The notes beneath the pieces are model-generated. The model saw only the letters and a list, made by a program, of their open reading frames with translations. It did no database searches and was not told the DNA's origin. Shown piece after piece: positions 17,994-29,549 of a DNA stretch of 64,000 bases. This stretch comes from an uncultured Armatimonadia bacterium. Its GTDB lineage: Bacteria > Armatimonadota > Zipacnadia > CAVVLO01. Both the position numbers and the translations under genes were made by a program. The number at the start of each line of letters is the position of its first letter. The stretch's first letter is position 1. The stretch lies in assembly GCA_963749155.1 (NCBI GenBank), contig CAVVLO010000002.1, forward strand, positions 1,536,001 through 1,600,000, given 5' to 3'.

Positions 17994-19000
17994 GGGCCAT
18001 AACCGGTCGGCATCAGGATGACTGGGTCATCTGCGCTGCCGACATGCCGTTCGCCACTTTTTACGTAGACACCCGGCGCCACCAGGCAGTTGACCAGTTC
18101 GCAGGCGGTCTCGAGATAAGCGTCGCCAAGGATTGCGCAGTTCACCAGTTTGCAGCCTGATTCGACTTCGGTTTTGCCCGCGATGGAGACAATCCCCTCG
18201 AAATGACAAGCCCCGACTTCGGCCTGGGCGCCAATATGCACCAGCGCCATCGGATCAGGCCTGGAGACCAGGCTCATATCGTGGCGCATCGCCTGTCCAT
18301 CCGTCAGCAGCACTTGCTGCGGCCTGCCCAGGTCTGACCAAACCCCTGTCAGGGGTGTCGCATAGACAGGCCGCCCCTCGCCAATCATCTGGTTGAAGGC
18401 GTCGGGCAGCTCGTATTCTCCGCGCGGCGAGGGGGTCAGGGCGTCGAGATAATCGAAAAGCACTGGCTGGGCACAAAATAACCCCGCGTTCATCCAGTTG
18501 GTAGCGCTGGTGCCTGGGGCGGGCTTCTCGATGACCTTCTCAACCCGGCCCTCGGTCTCATACACCGCAGCGCCGTGACAGGGATCATCCACTTCATAGA
18601 CGGTTAGCATCAGGTCAGGCTGGCCGAAGCGCTCATAAGCCGAAAGCAGGCTCGGATAGTTTTCGGGAGAGATATACAGGTCAGCAAAACCCAGGAAGAA
18701 AGTCGAGTCACCAACGAAGTCTCTGGCAATCCGGGTCGCAGCTCCGGTGCCTTTCTCAGGGCCCTGAGTCAGATAGCTGAGGCTGACGCCGTATTGGCTG
18801 CCATCGCCCAGGTACTGCTTGAGGGTGTCCTCCATATATTTCGTCACAATGAGGAAGTCGCGTACCCCTGAGGCGGCAAGCTGGGTGATGGTTTCGACGA
18901 TAAGAGGCGTCGAGAGGACAGGCACCAAAGGTTTGGGCATTACATAAGTAAGTGGGCGGAGCCTGGTGCCTTCGCCAGCGGCTAAAATGACGGCTTTCAC
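17990..19000 (-). CDS. Sugar-phosphate nucleotidyltransferase (RmlA/GlmU/MPG-like) with short C-terminal beta-helix
   Basis: KAVILAAGEGTRLRPLT...PKPLVP, EKP, SPRGEYELPD and WSDLG motifs. GTG start at 19000. Confidence 0.88.
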   Translation of the reverse strand: MKAVILAAGEGTRLRPLTYVMPKPLVPVLSTPLIVETITQLAASGVRDFLIVTKYMEDTLKQYLGDGSQYGVSLSYLTQGPEKGTGAATRIARDFVGDSTFFLGFADLYISPENYPSLLSAYERFGQPDLMLTVYEVDDPCHGAAVYETEGRVEKVIEKPAPGTSATNWMNAGLFCAQPVLFDYLDALTPSPRGEYELPDAFNQMIGEGRPVYATPLTGVWSDLGRPQQVLLTDGQAMRHDMSLVSRPDPMALVHIGAQAEVGACHFEGIVSIAGKTEVESGCKLVNCAILGDAYLETACELVNCLVAPGVYVKSGERHVGSADDPVILMPTGYGP

Positions 19001-19131
19001 GGAGGTCCTCTCAGGATGACGGGCCAGTGGCCACGCGAATTGATGACCCTCAGTATAGCACAGTCTTCTTTGGAATCTCGGTGCCGTGATACTATGAAAG
19101 TCAGAGGCGAGGACTGTCGAGGAGGTTGACA

Positions 19132-21498
19132 ATGGGCTACCAATTTCAGCTCACAGGTATGCACTGCGCCGGATGCGCCGAAGGAGTGAAACGCTCCCTC
19201 GAAGCGCTGCCCGAAGTTGCTGCTGCCGATGTGAGTTATACGAGCGAACTGGCCTGGGTGGAGCTTGTCGACGAGTCCAAAGGCTTGCCCAAAGTTATAG
19301 AGCAGATCCGGGGTATGGGCTATGACGTGGTCAGCGAGAAGGTTTTGCTCGCTATCGAAGGGATGCACTGCGCCGCCTGCACAGGCGCCGTTGAGCGCGG
19401 TTTGATGAAGGTGCCGGGGGTCTTGTCAGCCCAGGTCAGCCTGCCTGCGAAATCAGCCCAGGTAACCGTATTGCAAGGTGTCGTGACCTTGAAACAGTTG
19501 ATCGCGGCGGTCGAGAAGGCAGGCTATGAGGCCAGCCCCCTCGTGGAGGGCGAGGCAATTGAACGCGCCACCAAAGGCGCCTGGCTCCGCCTCGCGCTGG
19601 TTATCTACGGCCTGGTAACCTTTGCAGTCCTGATGGCGCTGGCGATGGATATGACTTCTCTTGAGCCCTCTGCTGCCGCTTTCCTCAGCCTGGTTATCGC
19701 AACGCCGGCCCAGTTGCTGGTCGGGTGGGAGTTCTATCGAAGCGCTTTCAAAGCTGCGCTGAGCCGGACTTCGAATATGGACACGCTGGTCGCGCTGGGC
19801 GCCACTGCGGCCTATCTCTATTCCGTCTGGGCGGTCTGGGCAGGAGAGCAGCAGCTCTATTTCGATGGCGCAATCGGCGTGATGTCTATCGTGCTGGTAG
19901 GCAGGACGCTTGAAGCTTTTGCAACTGGCAGGGCAAGTGGCGCGCTCAAAGCCTTGATGAAGCTTGCGCCCAAGCAGGCCAGCCTGCTTACCGCCGAGGG
20001 AGAACAGGTGGTTGCGGCAGAGCTGCTCGAGCCTGGTCAGCGAGTTCGTCTGCGGCCTGGGGAGACCGTGCCAGTAGATAGTCGCGTGGTCGAGGGCGAG
20101 AGCACGGTGGACGAATCGAGCCTCACTGGCGAATCCATACCCATCTCTAAGGTACCCGGCGATGAGGTGCTGGCAGGTACACTCAACCAGACAGGCGCCC
20201 TGGTGCTGGAAGTCATGCGTCCGGCAAGTGAGTCTTTCATCAGCCAGATGCAACGACTTGTACGCGAGGCCCAGAGCTCCAAACCGCCCATCCAGCGACT
20301 GGCAGACCGCGTGGCAGCCGTTTTCGTGCCGGTGATGCTTGCAATCGCAGCGGTCACTTTTCTCGCCTGGGTTGGTTATGGGAGGTTAACCGGAGCCGAA
20401 GCTATATTGCGCGTGGCGCTTATCAACGCGGTCTCGGTTTTGGTGGTCGCCTGTCCTTGCGCTTTGGGGCTTGCCACGCCTGTTGCCGTGGTGGTCGCTC
20501 TTGGCAACGCGGCCAGGATGGGCCTGCTGCTGCGCGATGCAGGTGTGATCGAACGCACAGTCGCGCTGAACGCTATCGCCTTCGACAAGACAGGCACCTT
20601 GACCGTCGGTCATCCCACCTTGCAGGAGATCGTCCCCTTCGGGGCTGAGCGAGTCGAGGCGCTTGCCGTGGCAGCCGCGCTTGAAGTGAATTCTGAACAT
20701 CCTCTTGCGAAGGCTGTGGTTGAGCAAGCCAGGCGCGAAGAGGTCGCTTTCAAGCCATCAAAAGAATTCGAGGCGCTTAGTGGTCGCGGGGCGAAGGCCA
20801 AACTCGAGGGAACCGAGTTGTTGGTCGGCAGCCTCAGGTTGCTTGGCGAGCAAGGAGTGGAAGGCCTTGAAGGAGCAAAGGCAGCTTATGAGCGGCTTGC
20901 TTTGGAAGGGATGAGCGTTGCGGGGCTTGCCCGAGGGGGCCAACTGCTCGCGCTGCTTGGATTTCGTGATGAGTTGAAGCCCGAGGCGCCGGAGGTCCTT
21001 TCTGCCTTGCGCGCCAGAGGCCTTGCAACCTATATGCTGACTGGAGATAGCGAAGCCACAGGGATTGCACTCGGGCAGGCGGCAGGCGTAGACCAGGTGA
21101 TGGCCCGGCTGCTGCCCGAGGAGAAAGTCCAGCGGATTGCCGAGTTGCAGGCCGAAGGCAAACGGGTCGCAATGGTTGGCGATGGAGTTAACGACGCCGC
21201 GGCACTTGCCCAGGCAGACCTGGGGATTGCCGTGGCCACTGGCACCGAAGTCGCCATTGAAGCGGCGCAGGTTACGCTGATCGCAAAAAGCCTCGAACCC
21301 GTCGAAAAGCTCTTCTCGCTTGCCGAAGTGACACTCAGAATCATAAAGCAGAACCTGTTCTGGGCCTTTGGCTATAACCTCGTGCTGGTGCCTGCCGCCG
21401 CTTTTGGGGTACTTACCCCGATGCTGGCTGCAACCTTTATGGCGCTCAGCTCTCTGGTAGTAGTGGGGAACGCCTTGCGATTGAAAGGCTGGAAGTAG
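19132..21498 (+). CDS. copA: Copper-translocating P1B-1 ATPase
   Basis: Two GMHCxxC HMA domains, TGES, CPC, DKTGT, HP, GDGVND, YN and MALSS transmembrane signatures. Confidence 0.92.
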   Translation: MGYQFQLTGMHCAGCAEGVKRSLEALPEVAAADVSYTSELAWVELVDESKGLPKVIEQIRGMGYDVVSEKVLLAIEGMHCAACTGAVERGLMKVPGVLSAQVSLPAKSAQVTVLQGVVTLKQLIAAVEKAGYEASPLVEGEAIERATKGAWLRLALVIYGLVTFAVLMALAMDMTSLEPSAAAFLSLVIATPAQLLVGWEFYRSAFKAALSRTSNMDTLVALGATAAYLYSVWAVWAGEQQLYFDGAIGVMSIVLVGRTLEAFATGRASGALKALMKLAPKQASLLTAEGEQVVAAELLEPGQRVRLRPGETVPVDSRVVEGESTVDESSLTGESIPISKVPGDEVLAGTLNQTGALVLEVMRPASESFISQMQRLVREAQSSKPPIQRLADRVAAVFVPVMLAIAAVTFLAWVGYGRLTGAEAILRVALINAVSVLVVACPCALGLATPVAVVVALGNAARMGLLLRDAGVIERTVALNAIAFDKTGTLTVGHPTLQEIVPFGAERVEALAVAAALEVNSEHPLAKAVVEQARREEVAFKPSKEFEALSGRGAKAKLEGTELLVGSLRLLGEQGVEGLEGAKAAYERLALEGMSVAGLARGGQLLALLGFRDELKPEAPEVLSALRARGLATYMLTGDSEATGIALGQAAGVDQVMARLLPEEKVQRIAELQAEGKRVAMVGDGVNDAAALAQADLGIAVATGTEVAIEAAQVTLIAKSLEPVEKLFSLAEVTLRIIKQNLFWAFGYNLVLVPAAAFGVLTPMLAATFMALSSLVVVGNALRLKGWK

Positions 21499-21552
21499 CA
21501 GGGCTACCTTCCGAGGACGCGAAGTCCATCTCACCAAACAAAGGGGACGCCC

Positions 21553-23473
21553 GTGAAGAGGCTGATTCTGGTGGCACTCGTATTTCTTGCGACCTATTCT
21601 GTGGCTGGCGCGGCTGCAGAGCAAGGCAAACCGCCCACTGTGCTGATGGGCAACCTCAGTGTGGGTTATCTCCAGTGGGTGGTCGCAGGCCGGCAAGGCG
21701 ATCCGCCCCCGCTCGATTATGCGACTCCAGAAGCCCTGGCCGAACTCAAAGCAGCCGGCGTGACCTCCATCGAGGATTACATCACCTTCCTGGCCGCCTC
21801 ACCCATCGAAGAGCGCCTCGATTTCGGCTATTACCGGCGCAATGCCGAGGTGCTCGAGGCCGCGGGGATGGAATACACTGTCTATCCCTGGCTGCATTTC
21901 GTGCCCCCCTGGTTCGAGACTTCGGGCAAGTATTTCCCCTATGAGTGCCTTGAGCATAACGAGGCGACTTTCTCGACCAGCATCTGGGCGCCTCAGACCC
22001 TTGATTTATGGGACTGGTTTTACAGTGAACTCGCTCGCCAGCTCGGAAGCCACATCAAAGGTGTCTACCTGGGGATGCCGGCCGATTATGGCGAGGTCGG
22101 GATGCCCGTCGGGATGACCGACTGGCTAGTGCCGGAAAGGCATTTCCACAGGGGTTTCTGGTGCGGAGACCGGTACGCAAGGCGCGCCTGGGTAAAGTGG
22201 CTCGAAACCACCTACGAGGAAGTTGCAGTCTTGAATGAAGCCTGGGGCGAGGACTTTATCGACTTCAACGAGGTCGAGTATCCAGGCTCTCCTGAAGAGG
22301 GCCGGCAGCGCTGGCTCGATTTCATCTCCTTCTATATGGACAGCGAACTGGACTTTTTGACCCAGGCAACTGGCGTGGTGCGCAAGCATTTTGGGAAGGA
22401 GTTGCCTCTCCAGATCAAGCTGGGGTATGGAGGCGAGTTCGTAGAGTATGGCGTGGACAATGGCGCCACTTGCAAGCTGGCTGCCCAGCTCGGCATCACC
22501 GTGCGTTCGACCCATGGCAAGCTGCCTTACTATTTCGCAAAGCGCATCTCGACCCCATGCAAGTTTTATCAGGCGGAATACCTGACCGAGCCACCTTCCA
22601 ACGTTGACAGGCGAGAGGAGGTCTGGCGGCTCTTCTCGGACGCCTCAACAGGCGCCAGGGTGTATTTCGATTATCCTCAGAACATCAAACCTGCGGCAGA
22701 CCTGCTTGCCGAGTATGGCTTCCTGCTGACTGGAGAACAGCCACTTGTCTCTGTTGCGGTGCTCTTCCCGACCACCGACCACCGCCTGAAGCCCGACCAG
22801 GCCAATCCGCCCAAACTGCTAGAGGTCGCCAATGGGCTACGCGAATTCGTGGACTGGGATGTCGTGGACGAGCAGCTGGTGCTCGACGGCGCGCTTGAGA
22901 ACTATCAAGGTACTGGTCTGGCCCGAGGGCAAGGTGATACAGGTAGAGGCGCAAGAGAAAATTGCCAAGTGGCTGCGTAGTGGGGGCATCCTGCTTAAAG
23001 GCTTCGAAGAGCCCGCTGAAGCTGTCAGCGGTGATGCTCACACCTGGAATATAGTCGAGTCGGCCATCTCAACCGAGGTAGAGCTGCCCGGTTTCAAGGT
23101 CGTCATCAAGCCCTATGGCAAAGGTGCGACGGTGGTTCTGCCTTCAACGGGCGAAGCCGCGACCCAGGTTCTCCTCGCCCTCGAGGAAGGCCGACTGGGA
23201 TCGTTTGCCGCGCGCCCTGTGATGCTGGACCATCAGGCTGATAGAGTGCTGGTGACACTGTTCGCTGACCGAGTGCTGCTGTACAACGCAAGCGATGCGC
23301 CCGTAGTCAAGCACCTGGAGCTTGAACAAACGCGCCTGAAGGCCCTCGGAGTCAAGTCGCCGGGGAAGAGACTGCCTGGTGAAGTGACACTGGCGCCTCA
23401 TTCCATGGCGCTTGTATACTTGAATAAGGGCGATATCTTCTCAGGCAAGAGCGCTGATATGGGAGGGAGCTAA
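21553..23473 (+). CDS. Secreted glycoside hydrolase-like protein (GH42/GH14-like barrel), apparent +1 frameshift near 22906
   Basis: Signal peptide, 'WL...Y..V..LNEAWG..F..F' GH42-like motif, and trimerisation-like 'VAVLFP...WDVVDE...LENY|KVLVW' that continues into ORF 22832-23473. Confidence 0.55.
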
Positions 23474-23475
23474 TA

Positions 23476-24336
23476 GTGAGCCTTCACCTTTCGTTTATGG
23501 CAGAGGCCTATATCGGCAACCGCGAGCTAATCCTTACAATAAAGCGACATTTTGATGAGGCTTTCGACAACTGGTCCTTGATACTGGAAGCCGACCAGCC
23601 TCCGATGAAACGCTGGGAAGATTTTTTGGATACGGCTGCCTGGCTTGAGAAGGAGGGCATACGCTTCCTGCTCGATGGGCTGCAATATTCAAAGCCCCGG
23701 GGCACTCGTGACTATGAACTCCTGGTCTCCTCACAGCTTGCCCAACTGCGGGAAGCAGCCCCGAAAAGCTGGCTGGGACTGCGCGCGTATACTCCCCTCG
23801 ATACTCGCCTCAGCGCCCCCGAATACTTTGTTGAGGCTTTCGAATACTGCAACCGCGAGCAGTTGGCAGTCCACGTGGTACTTCATCGGCATGCTTTTTT
23901 TGCCGAGGGCTGGCGCGAAGCTCTACTGCTTTATATGACCGATAATTGGGCAGTGCTTCACGAGGGGATGGAAGGCAACTACCTGTTCGAGGATTCGGCT
24001 GATTATCTGGCCGAATTCGCCAAAGAACAGTCGCTAAAACACTGGGGCCAGTCCCTGGTCGCCCACCAGGTGGAGCTCAGATGGGAGACCGCCAAGCTGG
24101 ATATTGAAACCTGGCTCAGTGTTGAGTTAGCCGAGGGCGCCTCGGTCTTCCATTTTGTTCCGCTGTCCGCTTTCGTTACGGGGGATGAGTTGAAGCCTCT
24201 GCCGACAGACCTTCATGGTTGGCCAAAACTCGATTTCGAGAAGCTCTACAAGCCAGGTTCGGAGCTGCGCCTTTCTCCACTTGGCAAGGTACTGGCCAGC
24301 AGTAAAAGCCGTCGAACCCGAACCAATCCACGTTAA
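23476..24336 (+). CDS. Hypothetical protein
   Basis: 286-codon ORF tightly packed between co-oriented genes, RBS GGAGGGAG. No motif recognised. Confidence 0.6.
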   Translation: MSLHLSFMAEAYIGNRELILTIKRHFDEAFDNWSLILEADQPPMKRWEDFLDTAAWLEKEGIRFLLDGLQYSKPRGTRDYELLVSSQLAQLREAAPKSWLGLRAYTPLDTRLSAPEYFVEAFEYCNREQLAVHVVLHRHAFFAEGWREALLLYMTDNWAVLHEGMEGNYLFEDSADYLAEFAKEQSLKHWGQSLVAHQVELRWETAKLDIETWLSVELAEGASVFHFVPLSAFVTGDELKPLPTDLHGWPKLDFEKLYKPGSELRLSPLGKVLASSKSRRTRTNPR

Positions 24337-24357
24337 GACTAGCTGGGAGGAATCTGT

Positions 24358-25638
24358 ATGCGTTATCTGGTACTTGTAGTCTCGCTTTTGATTTGCTTTT
24401 CAATGACGTCCTGGGCTCAGGGGGGAACCAATTTGACACAGGCAGGCCAAACCGTTTGGAACGCTTTCGACTTTGGCGCCATACCCGACGGTAAGACTGA
24501 CGCAACGCCGGCCATCCAGGCCGCGCTGGACGCTTGCGCGGCAGCAGGAGGAGGCCAGGTGGTGCTGCCGGCTGGCACCTATTTCACCACAGGGACGCTA
24601 AAAGTCGCCCCTCATGTCGAGTTCGTCGGCGCGGCGCGGATCCTCGATGGCGCAGGCGAAGGCACCATCCTGCTGGTTACGAACCGGGAGGCGCCTTTTG
24701 TCACGCTCAACTCCAGATGCGCGGTCGAGTATATGGAGTTCCGTTATCCGGAGCAGCCCGAGGCGCCCCCTTATATCGAATACCCCTGGACCATCGACTG
24801 CAAGGGAGATAACTGCCAGGTTATCGGTATCTCACTGCCCAACTCCTACGATGGCATCCAGCTTGTTGGCGCTGGCAGGCATCTGGTGCGCGATGTGCAC
24901 GGTTGCCCCCACCATATTGGTATCTACGTGGACCAGATTTACGATGTGGGGCGGATAGAGAACGTCCATTTCTGGCCTTTTGCGGGAGTATTCCGTCCCG
25001 AAGAACCGCGCTGGCAGTGGATTAGCGAGCATGGCGAGGCCTTCATCATTGGCCGGACCGACTGGCAGTATATCTACAACTGTTTCGTCTTCGGCTACAA
25101 CGTTGGTTACCACTTCATAAAGACCGAAGCTGGCGCCTGCAATGGCAACTTCGTAGGGCTCGGAGCCGATTACAGCCGGACCGCGGCGGTGCTGGTGGAC
25201 GATTGCTGGATGTATGGACTGTTGTTCATAAACGGGCAGTTTGTAGCCGTACCTGGCGACGATCCGACAGCGGTCAAAGTCAGCGCGACCAATACCGGCA
25301 CGGTCAACTTCACCAACTGCGCCTCCTGGGGTTCTTTCAACCAGATTGCAAACATCGAAGGGAAGGGCTTCGTCTCTTTCAACAACTGCAACTTTATGCA
25401 CTGGGACAAGAATAAGCGTAACAGGGCAGCTATTCGCGTGGCAGGGGGGAATCTCACGGTCACAGGGTGCCAGTTTATGATGCCGATGAGGAAGAACTCT
25501 CCCCAGGTGAGCATCGAGCAGGGCGCCCAGGCTGTGACGATTGGACTGAACACTTCCGAGACACCCTGGAACATAAAGAACACGAGCGATATCGAGCCTG
25601 AAGTCGGGCTCAACAGCGCTCGCAAGCCAGCCGAGTAA
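24358..25638 (+). CDS. Secreted right-handed beta-helix protein (pectate lyase 3 / GH28-related), paralog 1
   Basis: Signal peptide, DFGAIPDGKTDATPAIQAALD...GGGQVVLPAGTY, Asn/Cys ladders. Confidence 0.8.
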   Translation: MRYLVLVVSLLICFSMTSWAQGGTNLTQAGQTVWNAFDFGAIPDGKTDATPAIQAALDACAAAGGGQVVLPAGTYFTTGTLKVAPHVEFVGAARILDGAGEGTILLVTNREAPFVTLNSRCAVEYMEFRYPEQPEAPPYIEYPWTIDCKGDNCQVIGISLPNSYDGIQLVGAGRHLVRDVHGCPHHIGIYVDQIYDVGRIENVHFWPFAGVFRPEEPRWQWISEHGEAFIIGRTDWQYIYNCFVFGYNVGYHFIKTEAGACNGNFVGLGADYSRTAAVLVDDCWMYGLLFINGQFVAVPGDDPTAVKVSATNTGTVNFTNCASWGSFNQIANIEGKGFVSFNNCNFMHWDKNKRNRAAIRVAGGNLTVTGCQFMMPMRKNSPQVSIEQGAQAVTIGLNTSETPWNIKNTSDIEPEVGLNSARKPAE

Positions 25639-25674
25639 GGCAATAAAATAAAAAGTGAGAAGGGAGGGACCTCC

Positions 25675-26937
25675 GTGCGCTTTATAAGTGCAGGGATTGC
25701 GCTGCTGATTGCCTTGTCAGCGTTAGTCCTGGCTCAGGGAGAAACCGAAATGCCACAGACCGGCCAGACAGTATGGAATGTTTCCGATTTCGGCGCCATG
25801 CCCGATGGGAAAACTGACTCAACTGCGGCCATCCAGGCCGCACTGGACGCTTGCGCGGCAGCAGGCGGGGGCAAGGTGGTACTGCCGGCAGGCAGTTACT
25901 TCACCTCGGGAACACTGAAAGTCGCCCCTCATGTCCAGTTTTCCGGCGCAGCGCGCATTCTCGATGGCGCAGGAGAAAGCTCTGTCCTGCTGGTTACGAA
26001 CAAAGCAGAGCCCTTCCTCACCCTCAACTCCAGGTGCTCGGTCGAGTATATGGAGTTCAGGTATCCCGAGCAGTCAGACAAGCCCCCTTTCACCGAATAT
26101 CCCTGGGCTATCGACTGCAAGGGCGATAACTGCCAGATAATCGGGTTGTCGTTATTCAATCCATACGATGCTATCCGCCTGGTAGGCGCGGGCAGGCATC
26201 TGGTGCGCGATGTACACGGCAGCCCCCACCATATAGGCATCTACGTGGACCAGATCTACGATGTGGGGCGGATAGAGAACGTCCATTTCTGGCCTTTCTC
26301 CCCTGGCCCTTACGGCCAGGACTCTTACAGCGCGGCCTTCGTATTTGGCCGGACCGACTGGCAGTATGTGGCCAACTGCTTTTCCTGGGGCTACAACATC
26401 GGTTACCACTTTATCCGGACCGAGTCAGGCGGCTGCAACGGCAACTTCGTAGGGCTGGGCGCCGACTGGTGCCGGACAGCTGTGCAAATTGATGACTGCG
26501 CGCCTTACGGCCTGTTGTTTTTAAACGGGCAATTCGTGGCGGTGCCGGGCGATGATCCCACGGCGATCAAGATCGGCAAGGCGAATACTGGGACTGTAAG
26601 CTTCGTTAACTGCTCGGCATGGGGGGCTTTCAACCACGTCGCAGAGGTTGAGGGTACGGGATTTGTTTCCTTCAACAACTTCAACTTTAGCTGCTGGGAC
26701 AGAGAAACGAAGGGGCTCGCGGCGGTCAGGGCGGCTGGCGGCAATGTGCAGGTGACAGGTTGCCAGTTCAGGTCGCCAAATCCCACAGCGCCTCAGGTCA
26801 GCATCGAACCAGGCGCGCAGGCAGTGACTGTTGGATTGAACACCTCGGACACCCCCTGGAACATCCAGAACACGAGCGCCATCGTGCCTGAAGTCGGGCT
26901 CAACAGCGCGCGAATACCTGCCCCTCAGCCAGACTAG
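25675..26937 (+). CDS. Secreted right-handed beta-helix protein, paralog 2
   Basis: Same motifs and closely colinear with 24358-25638. Confidence 0.8.
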   Translation: MRFISAGIALLIALSALVLAQGETEMPQTGQTVWNVSDFGAMPDGKTDSTAAIQAALDACAAAGGGKVVLPAGSYFTSGTLKVAPHVQFSGAARILDGAGESSVLLVTNKAEPFLTLNSRCSVEYMEFRYPEQSDKPPFTEYPWAIDCKGDNCQIIGLSLFNPYDAIRLVGAGRHLVRDVHGSPHHIGIYVDQIYDVGRIENVHFWPFSPGPYGQDSYSAAFVFGRTDWQYVANCFSWGYNIGYHFIRTESGGCNGNFVGLGADWCRTAVQIDDCAPYGLLFLNGQFVAVPGDDPTAIKIGKANTGTVSFVNCSAWGAFNHVAEVEGTGFVSFNNFNFSCWDRETKGLAAVRAAGGNVQVTGCQFRSPNPTAPQVSIEPGAQAVTVGLNTSDTPWNIQNTSAIVPEVGLNSARIPAPQPD

Positions 26938-27026
26938 CCTGGACACGGAGCCAGGTCAGTTTTCCTATGGCCTGGCTCCGCCTACAAAAATATTTCGGAA
27001 AGCCTTCTCAAAAGGAACAAAAGGGG

Positions 27027-27077
27027 TTGCCTTCCTGTTGGCAATTTAGTAATATATACCCATACGGGTATGGGTAT
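27027..27077 (+). promoter_or_regulatory. Promoter plus CsoR/CstR-family-like operator
   Basis: TTGCCT, 17 nt spacer, TAATAT (27027-27055), immediately followed by the perfect inverted repeat ATACCCATAC-GG-GTATGGGTAT (27056-27077). Confidence 0.7.
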
Positions 27078-27110
27078 GTGTTAATGACACTGGCTCGGGG
27101 AGGAGTCCTG

Positions 27111-28809
27111 ATGTCCGCTGACCATGACGCTAACAAAGTGAAAGAAACCGAAGTCCTCATCATCGGGGGAGTAGCCGCTGGCACGAAGGCCTGCGCCAAA
27201 GCCAAGCGTCAGAAGCCAGAACTCGATATCACCCTGGTCACCGAGGACACGCATATCTCCTATGCGGGCTGCGGACTGGCTTATTACATCGGCAACCTTA
27301 TTGACGATGCGAGCAAGCTGATGGTCAGGACGCCCGAGACTTTCGAGGAAGACACCGGCGTCAACGTGCTCACACGCAATCGTGTCACCGCGCTTGACCT
27401 GGACGCCAAACTGGCCACCGTGCTGGACCTCAAGCATGATGAGACTTATCAGATTCACTATGACAAACTGGTAATCGCAACTGGCGCCAGGCCCATAATG
27501 CCGCCTCTTCCAGGTATCAACCTGGACGGAGTCTCACCTCTGCGTACTCTGATGGACGCAATGAAAGTGCGGCAGGCGCTGGATGAAGGCAAAATCAAGA
27601 AAGCCGTCGTTATCGGCGGCGGTTATATAGGCGTCGAAGTGGCCGAGAACCTCGTCCACAGGGGCGTTGAGACAGTCCTCGTAGAGCTTATGCCCCACGT
27701 GCTTCCCAACTTTGATGACGATGTCGCGATGATGGTGCAGCGTGAGATGGAAGACCAGGGGGTAAAGGTCTTCTGCAACACGAAAGCCGAGGCCATACTG
27801 GGCAATGAGAAAGGCCATGCCACAGGAGTAAAGACTACCGCAGGCGAGTTCGAAGCCGACTTGGTCATCGTCGCTGTTGGGGTTCGCCCCAATGTGCAGC
27901 TTGCGAAAGAGGCTGGCCTCGAGCTGGGGCCAACCGGCGCAATCAAGGTAAACGACCGGATGGAGACCAGCGCGCCAGGCGTTTTTGCTGCTGGCGACTG
28001 TGCGGAAAGCACGCATAGTCTCACAGGGCAGGCTTTCTGGGCGCCGCTTGGATCGGTCGCCAACAAACAGGGTCGCACTGTCGGCATCAATCTGGCTGGC
28101 GGCGATGACAGGCAGCCCGGAGTGCTCGGTTCGATGATTGTGAAAGTGTTTGATTTCAACTGCGGACGCACCGGGCTTTCAGTAGAGCAAGCGGCTGAAG
28201 TCGGCATTGAAGCCGTCAGTGTTACCGTCCCAACTCACGATATCGCGCATTATTATCCAGGCTCTCACGATATCATCATCCGCCTGACGGCCGAGAAAGC
28301 AACGGGCAGGCTGCTTGGCGCCTATGTGATTGGTCAGGGCGTGGTGGACAAGACACTGGATACGATAATCACCGCAATCAGCCTGGGCGCCACAACAGAG
28401 CAACTTGCGAAACTCGACCTCGCCTACGCGCCGCCCTATTCAATGGCCATCAGCGCTCCTCTGGTGGCTGCCAATGTGATGCAACGCAAGCTGGAGGGCG
28501 GCATCGAAGGGATTACGGCGCATCAACTGCAAAACAAACTGCAATCCGATCCGGACAATTTCTGCCTGATTGATGTGCGCGACGAGCTGTCCAATATGGT
28601 CAGGAGCATCCCCGGTTCGGTGTGCATCCCGCTGGAGGAGCTGCCTGAGCGACTGAGTGAGCTACCAGCCGACAAGGGAGCTAGTGGTTAGCTGTAATAT
28701 CGGGTACAAGTCCACCAAGGCCTGCGCGCTGCTGCGCAGCAAGCAAATCGGTACAAGCGTGAAATCTCTCGACGGCGGCATCAACGCCTGGCCGTACGAG
28801 ACCGAATAG
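27111..28809 (+). CDS. CoA-disulfide/persulfide reductase with C-terminal rhodanese domain (apparent extra G near 28677)
   Basis: GGVAAG, SYAGCGL redox Cys, GGGYIG, AGDC and DLAYAPPY motifs. The rhodanese part starts LIDVRD and continues in the +1 frame as ELVVSCNIGYKS...LDGGINAWPYETE*. Confidence 0.85.
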
Positions 28810-28820
28810 GAGTGAGGGAG

Positions 28821-29045
28821 ATGGCAGAGCAGAAGCTGGATTGTAGAGGAATGCAGTGCCCAGGTCCGATTATGGCGGTAGCCAAGGCCCTGAAAGAGGC
28901 TGCGGTCGGCGATGAACTGGTAGTCGAGGTCACCGAGAAGTCGTTCGCCAAGGATGTAGAGTCACTGTGCAAGAAGCTGGGGCAAGAACTTGTCTCACTC
29001 GATAAGGGCGACACCGTTGTGGCCCGCATTAAAAAAGTGAAGTGA
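28821..29045 (+). CDS. TusA/SirA family sulfur carrier
   Basis: LDCRGMQCPGP motif, 74 aa. Confidence 0.88.
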   Translation: MAEQKLDCRGMQCPGPIMAVAKALKEAAVGDELVVEVTEKSFAKDVESLCKKLGQELVSLDKGDTVVARIKKVK

Positions 29046-29050
29046 TAGAG

Positions 29051-29527
29051 ATGGAAGGCCAAAAAAACACTATCGTCGTGTTCAGCGGCGATATGGACAA
29101 AGTTATGGCGGCTTTGGTCATAGGCTCGACTTCGGCTGCAATGGGCGATGAGGTGGTGCTCTTCTTCACCTTCTGGGGCATAAACGCCTTGCGCAAGGAG
29201 AAGCCGCCCAGGCTGCACAAGAAGCTGCTGCATAAAATGTTTGGCTGGATGATGCCACGCGGCATCAAGAAGCTGGCTCTCTCCAAGATGCAGATGCTGG
29301 GGATGGGTAAAGCCTTTATGAACCGCGCAATGGCGATGGCCGGCGTGGACACCCCTGCCCAGATGCTCGAACAGGCCCAGGCTGCCGGCGTGAAGCTTTA
29401 TGCCTGCGAGATGTCTATGCAAGTTATGGGCATCCAGCCGGAGGAGCTAATCGACGGGGTTGAGCTGGCTGGAGCTGCGACCTATCTGTTCGAAGCCTCC
29501 GAAGGCCGAATCAACCTTTTCGTGTAA
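29051..29527 (+). CDS. DsrE/DsrF/DrsH-like (DsrE2) sulfur relay protein
   Basis: VVFSGDMDK, FFTFWG, LSKMQMLGMG, YACEMSM and LIDGV motifs. Confidence 0.88.
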   Translation: MEGQKNTIVVFSGDMDKVMAALVIGSTSAAMGDEVVLFFTFWGINALRKEKPPRLHKKLLHKMFGWMMPRGIKKLALSKMQMLGMGKAFMNRAMAMAGVDTPAQMLEQAQAAGVKLYACEMSMQVMGIQPEELIDGVELAGAATYLFEASEGRINLFV

Positions 29528-29549
29528 GTAACCAAGTATAAAGTTCTGT

